A stretch of 64,000 nt of DNA from Hydrolagus colliei (taxonomy: Eukaryota), in NCBI GenBank assembly GCA_035084275.1, contig CM068749.1:23126001-23190000 (forward strand). The letters are read 5' to 3'. The notes beneath the pieces were generated by a model. The model was not told the DNA's origin, did not search any database, and saw nothing but the letters and a program-made list of their open reading frames with translations. Positions 36,572 through 48,986 of the stretch are shown here, one piece after another (the first letter of the stretch is position 1; the number at the start of each line of letters is the position of its first letter). The translations under genes and the position numbers were made by a program.

Positions 36572-37680
36572 GTAAGTACCGAGAGAATCTACAGGAAATG
36601 TAGCTTTGAGGAGTTAATTTGAAGGTGTGAGGAAGGGAAATCAACATGATCTTAAACTATACTTAAATGACATTATCTCAGCTATTGTTGCTTGCCATAT
36701 CAGGTTCAGGAATTCCTCCCAGCATCTAGGACACCTTCAGCAATTTCTGGTCAAGTAAGCTTTTTTCCTTCAGAAAGTTAGCATAAATAGCAAAAGATTA
36801 TTATTAATATTGATCACTTTCATATGTCATTCAGCCCACTGAGTCTCTTCCACCATATTATATTAGATCGTTGGAGCTTTTAATATAATTTGCGGGTCTT
36901 TTCTACATATCCCTTAATCCTTTTTCTAATAGTTTCCAAGTTCAGTGCAACCCCTTCATAAAATCCTTTTATATAGTATGGAATTGGTTATCTTGTGGTT
37001 GCAGTGTGGATCCCATTGTCCCATGTGTTGGGATTTTATGGATCCCAACCCGTATGTTATAACAGGGCTCTACTGTATCTAACTATTTTCCTTTGAAACA
37101 TCCTAATCGGTTCAGTGTGTTCATTATTCTGATAGCAGCATTCGGTTTTGTCAGAACTGCAAGTGCAAACTAAACGTTTACATGTCAGAAATGAGCTTAT
37201 TTATATAGAACAGATGAAATCTCCAGTCAGTATGACAGCAACCAGAATCAAGATAACCCTCACAACTATTGCTAACATCGCTACTCAGTGATGATTTTGG
37301 TTTTCAAAATATTATACAGTAGCACTTTGTGAATATTATAATGGATAAGCAGCAACAAAACAGATTATAAGCAGCAATAAAACAGATTTCATCATCTTAA
37401 AAATATCACAGAAAAATTTAAATAAGGCTTACTATATATAGTAAGCTCTCTGCGGCGCTATCTGGCGTGGAGGGTGCAGTATAACTGTAAATTGTTGTTG
37501 TTACAGTAATTCCATATCAATGACATTTTAGTCAAACCAGAATTGAGTGGAAAACCTGACTAACTGCAGACCATTTCCTATGGTTGAAGCTGGCAAGCGC
37601 ATGTATTGAAAAAATAACTTATTTCTGAGGCTGTTTGAAGTTCTATACTAAATCTATTTTTCAGACAGACATAAAATTGT

Positions 37681-38017
37681 GGAGCTCCTGTGGCTCAGTG
37701 GTTAGAGCACTTGTCTTGCAAGCTGGGGAGACCTGTGTTCGAATCCAGGCAGGTCAGGGCGAAACCTTGGGCAAGTTTCCTTACTCCACATGCCTAATAA
37801 TAATCCCTCCAAAATAACACAATAATAAAATTGGTCATTTCAATCCACGACTGTGTGTGGGACACTGCTATGCGCAATTGGCTGCCGCGATTTGCCCACA
37901 AATATAGACAGTCAATTCACTTTACAGTATATTCTGTGAAGCGCTTTGGGATGTTGATAAGATGTGGAAAGCGCTATATCAAATGCAAGGATTATTATTA
38001 TTATTATTATTATTATT
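37681..38017 (+). mobile_element. Full-length tRNA-derived SINE (young family A) with L2-type tail and (TTA)n
   Basis: A-box TGGCTCAGTGG, B-box GTTCGAATCC, body shared with more than 10 copies in the window, tail AAGCGCTATATCAAATGCAAGG(ATT)n. Confidence 0.92.
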
Positions 38018-38890
38018 AAAATTATTTTCCTTTTTTAAAAAAAACTTTTGATTTCATTTTGCTGCATCTGTAATGTGCTTGTTTAACCTTGCTGACATTC
38101 AGTGAAGGAGTTGCACTACATGTTGTGACTCATGACAATTCTTCCAATTTGCTCCGTTTGGTGAAAAAGGCGAGAAGCGATTGATATTTCTTCCTTTAAA
38201 TTATTGAACCCCCGACTTGTGTTACGCTCTCCGAGGACCTGTTCTGATGCTGAGTGTAACAGCCATTGACTGCTGATGCTAAAAATGTGAAGTGGAAATT
38301 GATCAACCTTCTCATATTTAACACGGTGACTGAATAATATTTTTAAATCAGTTTCTCACAAAAAAAAAATTCCGGGTTCGACTCATTGATTTGCTTACTG
38401 AAAACGGAGGAAGCAGCCGCATGTTACTCCCTCTCAGGATCAGATACATTCCATTAAATTGATCAATACACACAACGCAAAAACCCTGAGTGTTGACAAA
38501 ACTAAATAAATATAGATGAGCCAGAAGGAGAAATTAGATTTATGTGAAAGAATCCTGGGAAAACATATTTAACCCTTTCACCTTTACAGGGTCTGTTTAC
38601 ATGCCCTGTGCAGAGAGGAGGGTTTGAGATGACACAAAGAGAGCCTTAACATTTTTATATCCGTAATATCAGATTCTGGGCATAGGCCTTTGAGAGCAGT
38701 TCAAAGAGTGAGTGATGAAAAGCATTGGATTTTGACTTCAAATAAAGATCAAAGCCAGATTGGAACAGATGACTCTCCCGTAAGGCACTAGGTATAGAGT
38801 CAATTGAGGTGTTTAAAAGGGAAATAGAGAGGTATTTGGGTATTGGGAGATATGAATAAAAGACATGGAAAAGACATTAGAAAGATAAAT

Positions 38891-39341
38891 GGAGCTCCTG
38901 TAGTTCAGTGGTTAGAGCACTCGCCTTACAAGCACGAGACCTGTGTTCGAATCCAGGCAGGTCAGGGCGAAATCATGGGCAAGGTTCCTTACTCCACATG
39001 CCTATAACAACTTTGATTTATATAGTGCCCTCCACGCTGGATGGGGTCTCAGAGCGCTTCACAGTAGCGGATCCCGGGACCGAGCCAGGGGCAGGGGCAG
39101 AAAGGTGACCAAAGGCGTGGTTGAAGAGAAAGGTCTTTATCTGTCAAAACAAATCACAATAATAAAAATTGGTCATTTCAATCCACGACTGTTTGTGGAG
39201 ACACTGCTGTGCGCAATTGGCTGCCACGTTTTGCCCACAAATATACAGTCAATTCACTTTGCAGTATATTCTGTGAAGTGCTTTGTGACGTCGATAAGAT
39301 GTGAAAAGCACTGTATCAAATGCAAGGATTATTATTATTAT
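38891..39341 (+). mobile_element. Full-length SINE family A carrying an antisense L2 insertion
   Basis: Same head, body and tail as 37681-38017, with about 130 extra nt at 39006-39138. Confidence 0.9.
39006..39138 (-). mobile_element. L2 LINE 3'-end fragment nested in a SINE
   Basis: aacaactttgatttatatagtgccctccacgctggatggggtctcagagcgct is related to 42510-42565; ggtgaccaaaggcgtggttgaagag is related to 42346-42370. Confidence 0.75.
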
Positions 39342-40961
39342 ATATAACTTCTAGTAACTAAATAAATGATAGAGCGAGCTCCAGCGACTGAATGTCCGAC
39401 TACTTTTGTTCCTATGTTCAAAATCATTTGAAGTGGATTGGCTTTGGCCAATTGACATTTACATTTGAAAAGTTTTGAATTTAATCTTTAGTAGGGATTC
39501 AGATAAACCCATTCAAAAAATGTTTTAAATCATCTGTACAGTGGGACAAGATGCATGTTTTAATTTTTTCTGGTGCTCATTATTTTATTTTGAGGGGAGG
39601 AGAAAGCAAGAGAATGTTAATGATCTTCAGTAGACGATGTGTACACCTTATTGTCCACAAATTTGCTGGTTGTATGCTCGTGATTGCTTCATAGTTAAGT
39701 GCAGACTCTTCCCTTGATTAGTGAAGCGTCCTGTTAAAGGACATGGGATAGAGAAAGTAAGTACCTTGGTGCGTTTTCATGAGTGAGGCTCAGTGATTTC
39801 AAGTTCATTTCAGCGGGTTTGTTTTGAGCTAGCATAAATCTATCAAATATAAGAAACTTTTTTTATCATAATCCTAGTATCCTTAATGCATTGCTGAATA
39901 TTAAAGTTCCCAACTTCCAAACCTATACTGCGAGCATGGGTATAGTTGACACAAAATTGTCGCTCTCTAGTCACTCACTCTGGTTTGGCTGTTTTCTTCC
40001 CTATACACTGTGTACAAGTCCCTGAATTTGGAAACTGGTAGATTTTTCTGCACAATGACATGCAGACGTTACATGTTCAGGTGGCGTGGGTGGGGTGAGT
40101 GGGGGGGTGGGGGGAATTCTGCCTCTTTTGCTTGATGTTGCCTAGTGTTGTTTATTGTAAAGGATCCTACTGGGATATTGTGCTTCATTTAACATGGAGA
40201 ATATGTCATTTTGTCAGAATAAATTATTTTCTCAGGTGTCAAGCTAGATTGTCAAGGGCGTTGGGACGTCCTCCCAACATGGAAAATAATAATAATAATC
40301 CTTGCATTTGATATAGATCCTAAACATATATTTGAGATGCCTCAAAGTGCTTCACATGATACATTAGAAAGTGTAGTCCCTGCGTATTTTGTGGATAAAA
40401 TATGCGATATAAATTTGTGCTGTATTGTAATAATCTTTTTCATTTAGAAAATGTAATGGTATTTATTGTTTAACATGGCATTAATCAGCACACAGCTAGT
40501 TTTTGAATGAATCAGAATAACTGGCATCACCAGCAGAAATCTGTCTCCTCCCTATGTAAATTCCAGTGTGCTCCCGTGTACTTCCTGGTGGCCGATCACA
40601 AAACAACATTGGGAGAAGCCTGGGAACCAATTGCCCGCTGACGACCTTCAAAGCCAGGACATGGCATGTGATGGGTGGAGACAAATAAAAAATCAGGGGG
40701 AAGTTTCACATTCTCAACATAATCTCATTATATGAGGCAGGATTCTCAGCCAGCGGTAACCATTTTTAATCAAATTTTAATTTCAGAAGAATTTATCTCA
40801 AAGCTGGATGAGCTCAATTGCTGACTGGTATATTGGACTCTGTATTAGATCAGGCTAGATCCATATTTCTATCGACCTTTGTTTGATTTCCTATATACAC
40901 AAATATAAAACAATACTAACTGAACCCTTGTCCCTTATGCGTTCAACATTCTTCACATGAA

Positions 40962-41101
40962 AAACAAACGGAAAATACTGCAGAAGCCTGGAAATCTGAT
41001 ACAAAAACAGAAATGGCTGGGAACACTGAGTGGGTCAGGCAGCATCTATGGAGAAAGGAAAAGTCAGTCAACATTTTAGGTCCATAACTCTTCATCAGAA
41101 C
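40962..41101 (-). mobile_element. Penelope-like element terminal-repeat relic with a decayed hammerhead core
   Basis: Minus strand reads TTCTGATGAAGAGTTATGGACCTAAAATGTTGAC...CTCCATAGATGCTGCCTGACCCACTCAGTGTTCCCAGCCATTTCTGTTTTTGTATCAGATTTCCAG, matching the common shark Penelope-derived short repeat as recalled. Confidence 0.7.
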
Positions 41102-41469
41102 ACAGTTATTCTTAACATGAACCCTGTCCTAGGAGAGAGACCAGGTGCAGTCTCCCCACCCAGCCCTGGCTGTAAGGACACACTAGGAATTATTGCTTTG
41201 TGTAGCTGACTAAACGGTAAGAGAGGGTAGATTTGCTCATTGATTTTTTCTAATGTGAGACTTTTTACACTTAGCACCTTCGACTGAAATGATTTATATC
41301 ATTGTATGAAATGGGACGTCCTCCCGACGTGAAGGGGCGCTCTATAAATGTAATTTTTGTAATTGTTGTTGTTGTATAATGTCATATTTAAGCGAATGCA
41401 GTAGCAGTTCTAGGGTAAACAAAAATCTAAATTCCCTGCTGCTTGATTTTTTTCTAAATGCCTTCCATT

Positions 41470-41655
41470 CTGGACAGTGAAGCAGTTCAAATGGAGATAC
41501 AAATGGCATTGCTACATAAGGGAGGAGGGACTAGAGAGATATGAGAGAGGGGATTCAGAGCAGTGTATACTCCTGTAGAGTATAAATACCATCACTGACT
41601 GGTTAGGCTAAATGGCCTGTTCCTGTGCTGTAATCATCTATGTAATGCTATGTCC
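41470..41655 (+). mobile_element. CR1 3'UTR fragment
   Basis: ggctaaatggcctgttcctgtgctgtaatcatctatgtaatgctatg resembles the CR1 3' end seen (reverse) at 5510-5560. Confidence 0.7.
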
Positions 41656-42216
41656 AGTAATTACATGTAATCCTTTCGCGAAGAATTCAATAGACCAGTT
41701 TTTTTTCTATGCCTTGCCTGTTTTAGACTATATTGGCAAAGCAGTTGGGCACTGCAAATGAAAAATAAAAAGATTTTCTATCTTGTGCTGTTCTATTCAT
41801 TCCCGTTAGCTAATTAGGTTTAGCTGGAATCTATATTGAACAATTGCATATGGGATAATGGGTAGCTGGCAGAGAGTTTGCAAGCTGTAATTCAAACAAG
41901 TGAAATAGGATGGCGTTCATAAAGCACTCAACCTTGGTTCTTGTGGTTTATGAACATCAACAGCAGCAAGAGATTCAGTCACAACCTTAAACATTCTCTG
42001 CTTGTGACATTTATTCTGTCCACTCTGTCATTTGATGCCCAAGGTAGAAATACTATGTCAAATTTTATTTTTCTTATTAATATTTGCCAATTGTGGTGCA
42101 CATTTTAGAAGCACTGCAGAGTAATTGAAAGGGTATTGAAGATAATATCTAGTGGTATTTGGCTTTATGATAGCAGTAGTGCCGTAATATAACCCGTTTC
42201 ACAAGAGCCAATTACA

Positions 42217-42372
42217 AGCAACAACAACAAATTGCATTTATACAGCGCCCTTCATGTAGGGAGGACGTCCCAAGGTGCTGGATAGTCAAAGGTTTGCACC
42301 TGAACTGGGGGCTGAAGTCGAGAGGGGTGGAAGGCAGGTGAGAGGATGACCAAAGGCACAGTCAAAGAGGAA
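42217..42372 (-). mobile_element. L2 LINE 3' end
   Basis: (AAC)n + gcgcccttcatgtagggaggacgtcccaaggtgctggatagtca, the same family as 15781. Confidence 0.75.
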
Positions 42373-42704
42373 GCATGTACATGATACACTATTTAATACT
42401 ATATACATTGACTGTATTATTTACCAGCAATCAATTATCGATTGTCACTCAGTAAACTAGGAATGATTACATCTCATTGTTCATCCTAAAGGGATGTCAC
42501 AATGCAAGATCAACAACTTCGATTTATATAGCGCCCTCCATGCCGGACGGCGTCTCAGAGCGCTCTAAATCAGTGAGATAGAGACATAAATGGCTGGTTG
42601 TCAGTGTCTACCATGTTTTCACTGTTAATAAAAAAAGGAGCCAAATAACAATACCCATGAATAAGCTACAGTATTATATTATTATAAAAGTTTATAATAT
42701 TATT

Positions 42705-42890
42705 CAATAATAATAATTTGGTCACTTAATCCACGACTGTTTGTGGAGTTGCTGTGTGCAATCGGCTGCCACGTTTCGCCCACAAAACATACTGTTAATT
42801 TGCTTTACACTATATTCTATGAAGCACTTTTTGAGATGTCTAGAAGTCATGATAAGGCGGTACTGTATATCAAAGACAAGGATTATTGCA
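42705..42890 (+). mobile_element. SINE family A 3' half (diverged)
   Basis: ggtcacttaatccacgactgtttgtgg...caaggattatt. Confidence 0.8.
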
Positions 42891-43034
42891 TAAAAAGGAT
42901 TACTTCATGTAACACAACTTTTAGATCATTATCAGAAGCTAGTTGAATGTGCTTCACTCATTATTTGAAGGACATATATTTCGACTACCCAATAACCCAT
43001 ATTTATATTGTATCCGTGAAATGTAGTAAAGGCA

Positions 43035-43245
43035 ATGTGAGCTTGGCACAGTTGGTAGCACTCTCAGCTGTGTGTTTGACGTGATGTAGTTTGAAGCCCT
43101 ATGTTGGGGACTTTCAGTTCATGGTGTAGACTGACACTCGTGTGGGGAGGTGGGAGAGAGCTGCATTGTTGGAGGTCCATATGTTGAACCTAGGTCATAA
43201 TGTGATTTTGTGTTATGTGCCTGTTCAAGTGGATGTCAACAATTG
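43035..43245 (+). mobile_element. Old tRNA-headed Deu-domain SINE relic (SacSINE/AmnSINE-like)
   Basis: ttggcacagttggtagcactctc head, then ctgacact...gctgcattgttggagg...tgcctgttcaagtggatgtcaa, resembling the Deu domain as recalled. Confidence 0.6.
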
Positions 43246-43246
43246 G

Positions 43247-43500
43247 AGGGTGAAACCTTGGGCAAGGTTTCTTACTCCACACATCTGCCTAATAATAATC
43301 CCTCCAAAAAAACCACAATAATAAAAATTGATCATTCAATCCACGACTGTTTGTGGGACACTGCACTGCTGTGCGCAATTGGCTGCTGTGTTTTGCCCAC
43401 AAACAGTCAATTCACTTTACATTATATTCTGTGAAGCGCTTTGAGACGTCTAGAACATGTGAAAAGCGCTATATCAAATGCAAGGATTATTATTATTATT
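43247..43500 (+). mobile_element. SINE family A lacking the tRNA head
   Basis: agggtgaaaccttgggcaagg...caaggattattattatt. Confidence 0.88.
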
Positions 43501-44699
43501 TACATGCTTGTTGTTTGTGGACTAACTCTCTGCAGAAATCGGCTGCTGTGTTCTCTCTCAAAATACATATCTAATAACAACTATTGTGAAGTGCTTTGAA
43601 ATATTTCAATATGATGGGAGCGGTATCAAATGCAAGGATTATTAGTCTTATTATTATTACATAATGTGTAGACATATATTTTTGTGTCTCATTGAAATCA
43701 CCAATAACAAATAACACACAAACACATTCTGGAGCAAATGTTAAAAAACCTCTTTGGTTTAACATTTCACTACAGGGCTTTCATATTGCAAAACAATTTT
43801 TTTATTTGCAGTTACAAAAGAAATCCAGATTTTTCTATCAAACACATATGTCAATCCTTGTGAAGCATTGGATTCAAAATTGAATGCAGTTTTGCGGTTA
43901 GCAGCCTATTTAATTACAAAGGCATAATACTACCCTTTAAAAAGCCTATAAAATGTTAACCAGCCCATGCAATACTTTTTTTTAATACTTTGTAGAGACT
44001 GATAATAAACACACTATCAAAGGGATGATGTTCAGATTTCAGTTTTCTGAAATAGTGGAGACCCGCAGAAGACATACTGTTTTTTCTAACCTTTCCATTT
44101 TGAGAAATTAATTATTATTTTTCTTGTTTAAGGATACAGGGGTTAGGGACAAAGTTGAAATAACATAGTCTGGAATGTCCATGTTTTTGAGCAGAATTTG
44201 GCTGCGGATTGCAATGTCTGCTGCACACATGGCTGTCTCAACACGGCAGGTGGCTTGATACAAATGCTGCCTCGTCTGAGCACTACTGACTTGGCCTCCG
44301 TCTGTTAGGATCTAACACTGTTTAACCCTTTTAGGTCTTCTCCCTGCTGTACTTCCATTGGTAAACACAGCAGAAATATTAAACATTGTAGTTCCTCATC
44401 ATCTGGCCAGTCTAGATCCAAATTTGTGTGGTATTTTAGATGTATCAGCACAAAACAGATGGGACAAAACAATAGTTTTCAGAGTTGTTGCTTTTGGAAA
44501 GTAGATGTATTATTCTTCTGAATGCAGGTCATAAAGATCTGCAGTAGAGCATTAGCTCGTTGTGAGTACTGCTTCAAATGTGATCTCATTACATTAGGTA
44601 AATATTACACTGAATACAGCTACAAGTGAAGATTTCTCGCTCAGCTTTGGGTTAACTGGAATATGGTGATTACAGTAAGCAAAATGTGTGGACAGGGGA

Positions 44700-44930
44700 A
44701 CGTTCGGTGATGGATCAGTTAATATGTTCCACGTTTTGAAGCCTAGTCTGTTTTGAACCAGCTTATCTCATCTGGGGGCTACAATGGTCACTGCAAATTG
44801 ACCTCAGCCTCCCTTGGGTAACTCATGGGTAAGGAGGAGAGAACGTACTTATTCTTCAGTGACCACTGATGAAAAAAGCACACTGTAGATATTGGGTGAA
44901 GACCAAAAAGGGCAGACTGATACCTCATGA
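44700..44930 (+). mobile_element. Ancient SINE-like repeat, family B (very diverged)
   Basis: aattgacctcagcctccc...cagtgaccactgatgaaa...gatattgggtgaagac. Confidence 0.45.
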
Positions 44931-47520
44931 GAAAAAGCAGCAAATTAAACAGGGTAGGAGTTCTGTTTCTTCATATTGATTTGTGCTGCTATTTGGAGAT
45001 CAACAATGAGCACTTTAAAATCCAATGTGTGTGAATGTCACTGACCCGTCAGGACCCTTACCAGTTCTCTTACCTCGACTCTGCTCTCGGCTTTGAGCCC
45101 TGTTGCCAAGAGATTTCCCCAAACTAGAGTGAGCTGAGCAGTTCCTTCTTTGAGGAAACCTTTGAGGGGGTAGTTTGACATGAAAGAAGGTTCTTGTTTC
45201 TGATTTTGTCTGAACTGCTATAAATTGGTGGGTCAGAGAGAATGTAAATGGACCACTGAGTGCTTTTTGGAAATATTTTACAGTGGAGAATAAGGTACAG
45301 TATGTTACAGATGTTATGGGCTACTTGAGGGAGGTAGTTTAATAGTGCATCTGAGAGCCTTAACAATTTTAGAGTCCTTTTAACTTACTTCACATCACTT
45401 TCCTTTGATATGCTCTTGTCTCCTAGGCTTTTGTTCAGCTTCCTATAATACAGGTAACAACTTTATTTTTGCATTTTTATCCCTTTTAAAATTCTTTCTC
45501 ATTATTTCTGCCTGTGAATAACTCACAAAATTGCACTCTATCCAGCTGAGGGAGAGAGGATTATGAGTCACAGGAGTCTCTGTAACTGCCTCTGAGTTAC
45601 TGTCAAATGGGTCACTTCAATTTGGGAAAAGGTCAAGTGTGTCGCTTTTACTGTATTCACATCCCACCTATCTCGGCCTTTCTCTAAGTTGGAATAAACT
45701 TGCTCTCAATACTCACAGCAAGTGTTAGTGCCAGGACTAGTGATTATCTGGTTAAAGTGTAAGCGCTCTACTCACTCTACTCACTCACACCTTGGAGTCA
45801 GGTACCTTAGCTGCTCACAGAATGAGAGACAGACATGTATACGTGCAAGAGGAACCTGAGACAACGGTATGAATGCACCACAAGTCATGCCAAATGACAG
45901 GTTAGGTACCCTGCCCATTGCCACCTGGTGCAGATGGGTTAAATTGTTATGTCCTTTAGTTTGACAAAGATTTAATAGGAACTTGAACAAAGATTTCCCA
46001 CGGCGTTGGTTTGCGAGTACATATCTAGTACATATCTAGCTGCCCTCCTGTGGACTGGAGCCAGAAGCTACATTTGGAATTTTTCCACTCTAACTCATGG
46101 CCAATGGTTCGAACCTCTGGCTTATTTTAATAGGGAGCAGCTAATGAATTCTCTATTAATAGTGCTGCAAACTTTGTCAAATTGCAAATGTTCTGTTCTA
46201 AACTCTTGTAAGAACCTTTATGTATTTTGTCCTTTGTCATAAATCAGATCTTGCAGAAGTCCCTCAGCTACTCTCCGTTAACATTGTTAAAATCATATTG
46301 TGGCACATTGAATCCCAGGAAAATAATCTTTTTTTATGGCTAATGCATTTGGAAACATGACTTTTGTTGCTCATTTGGGGAATTTGTCAAGTGATAGTGA
46401 TAGGTTTCCTACATTGGTTGAACGCAATGTCAGTCAACCTGCAGAGAGTGAACAATAAATAAAGCAATAGTTCCAGAGACACAGATTTATGACAGATAGA
46501 TATTGTACAGTATACAGTGGTGGGTAAATACAGTAGTTGAGCTAAAAGTTCAACAATATAGTAGTTATATAGATAGACAGGTAAATGCATGAGGCTACCC
46601 CATGTGGTATATCATTTACATAATTGTGCCTGAATCATAACACATGAATGAAGAAGGTACCCATGGAGAAGGACCGATGTGTATGAAACTACTATCTGTA
46701 TCCCAGCTGTATTGAATACTTTCTTCCCCACAAGTTTATTACATTTTTTTTTAATATTGCAGCGGGTTATCTGACATGCTGCAGGACGGGCTTTTGCTTT
46801 GGGCTTTTTGCTAAGATTCATTGCTTTCATTGTACAAATGCAGATATACACCCTCTGGCCTGATCATTATCTGAACATGCTGCCCTGTTGACTTCTCATG
46901 TTAATTCCACTGACATACAAATGTTGTTTTTTGTGTTGAATCCAGATTAGGTGCCACTTCTGAATAAACACTGTTGCCTAAGAAATTCATATTAGAATGA
47001 CATGGTTATACTTTTTTTTGTCACTTCCTATTAATAATAATCCTTGTGTTTGATATAGCTTTTCATCTCATCTTTGAGACGTCTGAAAGTCACAAAGAGA
47101 TTGGTCGTGTTTGAGTGTGATAATTCAGGCAAAAATGATTTTATGGGTCTAATCCCTGTGTATATACAATGTGCAATGAATGGAACTGTAGAGATCAAAG
47201 AGGGCAATATTTTGAAAGGAAGTGGGAATTGGTGGAAATATTTGAATTGAGAAATAGTCTTGTTTATTTAATTGTGTGCATTTTTTTAAACTATCTCACA
47301 GCACATTTCTGGGGCCAAGAAGTTATTCTTGTATTTAGTGTTTCCTTAACAGCTGCGATATCTATTTAGTGCAATTTCTTTAAGCTTTTAATGGAGTATT
47401 GTTGATGGGGGAAAATCTTATGCACCATTTTACCAGGTGTGTGAACATGACATGATGTGCTACCTCGTCGGTTATGCTCATAAGATGAAAGTCACATTGA
47501 AAGAAGGTTGTGGGTAAGGC

Positions 47521-47595
47521 AGCAACAACAACAAAATAACAAAATTACATTTATAGAGAGTGCTTTTCACGTCGGGAGGACGTCCCAAGGTGCTG
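47521..47595 (-). mobile_element. Tail-only L2 fragment (similar about 60-nt copies at 16838, 23108, 29440, 41312, 48037, 60222, 60601, 62357)
   Basis: caacaacaaaataacaaaattacatttatagagagtgcttttcacgtcgggaggacgtcccaagg. Confidence 0.75.
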
Positions 47596-48933
47596 GTATG
47601 GGAGTAATGATTACCCGGTCCCCTATCCCAGCAGATCTGGGAGTAATGATTGGTAAATTTACCAAATCTTTGTGGGCGAGAACGTTGCATCCTCTATCGG
47701 TATGTAAATTTGTGGACCATGCTGGTGTGAGTTTATGGCTTACACCGCCAGAGTTCATAAATTTAGGAAATTCAGAAATTCAGAAAAAATAGGATTACGT
47801 TATTGTCAGTGATACAGTCACTATCAGGATATCTAGGGGAGTGCAAACTTAGCACAGGTGGGTGCACAATGAGCTTAGTCTAGCTAAAGCTTTCCCAGTG
47901 TGAAGACCATCATCATTTAACCCTCCCCAATCCCATGTATCATTATAAATTTTGCCATGCAAACAAACAATTTTCTGATACACAGAATGAGGACCTTGTT
48001 GTGTATCAAGGACTGACAGCTGTGGACAGGTTGAGAAGCAACAACAACAAAATTACATTTATAGAGCGCCTTTCACGTTGCGAGGACGTCCCAAGATTCT
48101 CATTTTAAGATAGATCCAAATTGTGGACGAGATTGGGTGCTGATCTTCCCACTACCATCTAGGCTGAGGCTAAAGAATACATTGTTCTGCGAGCAGCCAA
48201 AGACCTTCATGTTCTCTTGGTACACGTCAACGCCAGCACCTTGCTGGGAAGCTGGGGTTCCTGACAACGCCAGAGCTTTAAACTGTAACTCATGTTGTGT
48301 TTCTCTGCCGCGTAATTCAAATGAATTTTTCTCTGTCAATAGTTTAGAGGTTAATTTCCCAAAACCTTTACATTTAATCCTGTGAACTGGCTAATAGAGA
48401 GGAGATTTTAAAACCAGTGCGATGGGGGTGGGGGGGACACACAATTTGAATTTCAAGCTGTATGCAAGCAGTTTCCAACTTTCTCACTGACCGGAATGCT
48501 TAAGAAGGTACACTCTCGCAAGCCTTTTCCCTTTGGCAAGAGAAGTCGTGACAGCTGAAATACTGAAGGAATAAAGTTTAATGTTGTGTGGAAGGGTTTT
48601 TCTTTGGTGGTAATGCACAAAAGGTAATTGAGAGCGGCTATTCTGGTGTAATGTACAGCTCGGGGCTGCAGGGGTTGTGTCTCCACAAAGGGTCTCCATT
48701 GTACTCTGTCTGCAGTTGCTCAGGTTACTGGCTGTATTGTTCCTGCAATTTGTTCAAACAGTGTCTTAAAGGAATCTGATAGACCGAGTCATGACACCAC
48801 ACTTAGGAAAGCTGTCAGCTGCCAGAAAAGAGTGATGATTTACTGGCTGTGAGGATGGCGATTCATGCTACTGCCTCGCACTGATTGCAGCATTGTCACT
48901 GGGAAACAAAAAACCAAGAAAGAGGGAGTTTGA

Positions 48934-48948
48934 GCGAGAGAGAGAGAG

Positions 48949-48981
<33 letters not shown>
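48934..48981 (+). repeat. (GA)n microsatellite
   Basis: Direct inspection. Confidence 0.95.

Positions 48982-48986
<5 letters not shown>

Larger units (their letters stand above)
38750..39420 (+). mobile_element. CR1 3' fragment interrupted by a SINE (pieces about 38750-38890 and 39345-39420)
   Basis: tggaac...gtgtttaaaagggaaatagagaggtatttg (WN..FKREI.RYL) before the SINE; 3'UTR-like ctgaatgtccgactacttttgttcctatgttc after it. Confidence 0.6.

Noticed and set aside
37681-37755. tRNA gene
   Set aside because: A and B boxes are present, but there is no intact acceptor stem and it continues into the SINE body; it is a SINE head (same for 38891, 35620-35690, 54020-54113, 63745).
37831-38019. Recurrent short ORFs ending CKDYYY
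   Set aside because: Translations of the SINE tail and (TTA)n, not proteins.
45669-45690. Second U2-like match (tctcggcctttctctaag)
   Set aside because: Only 11 contiguous matches; within chance.
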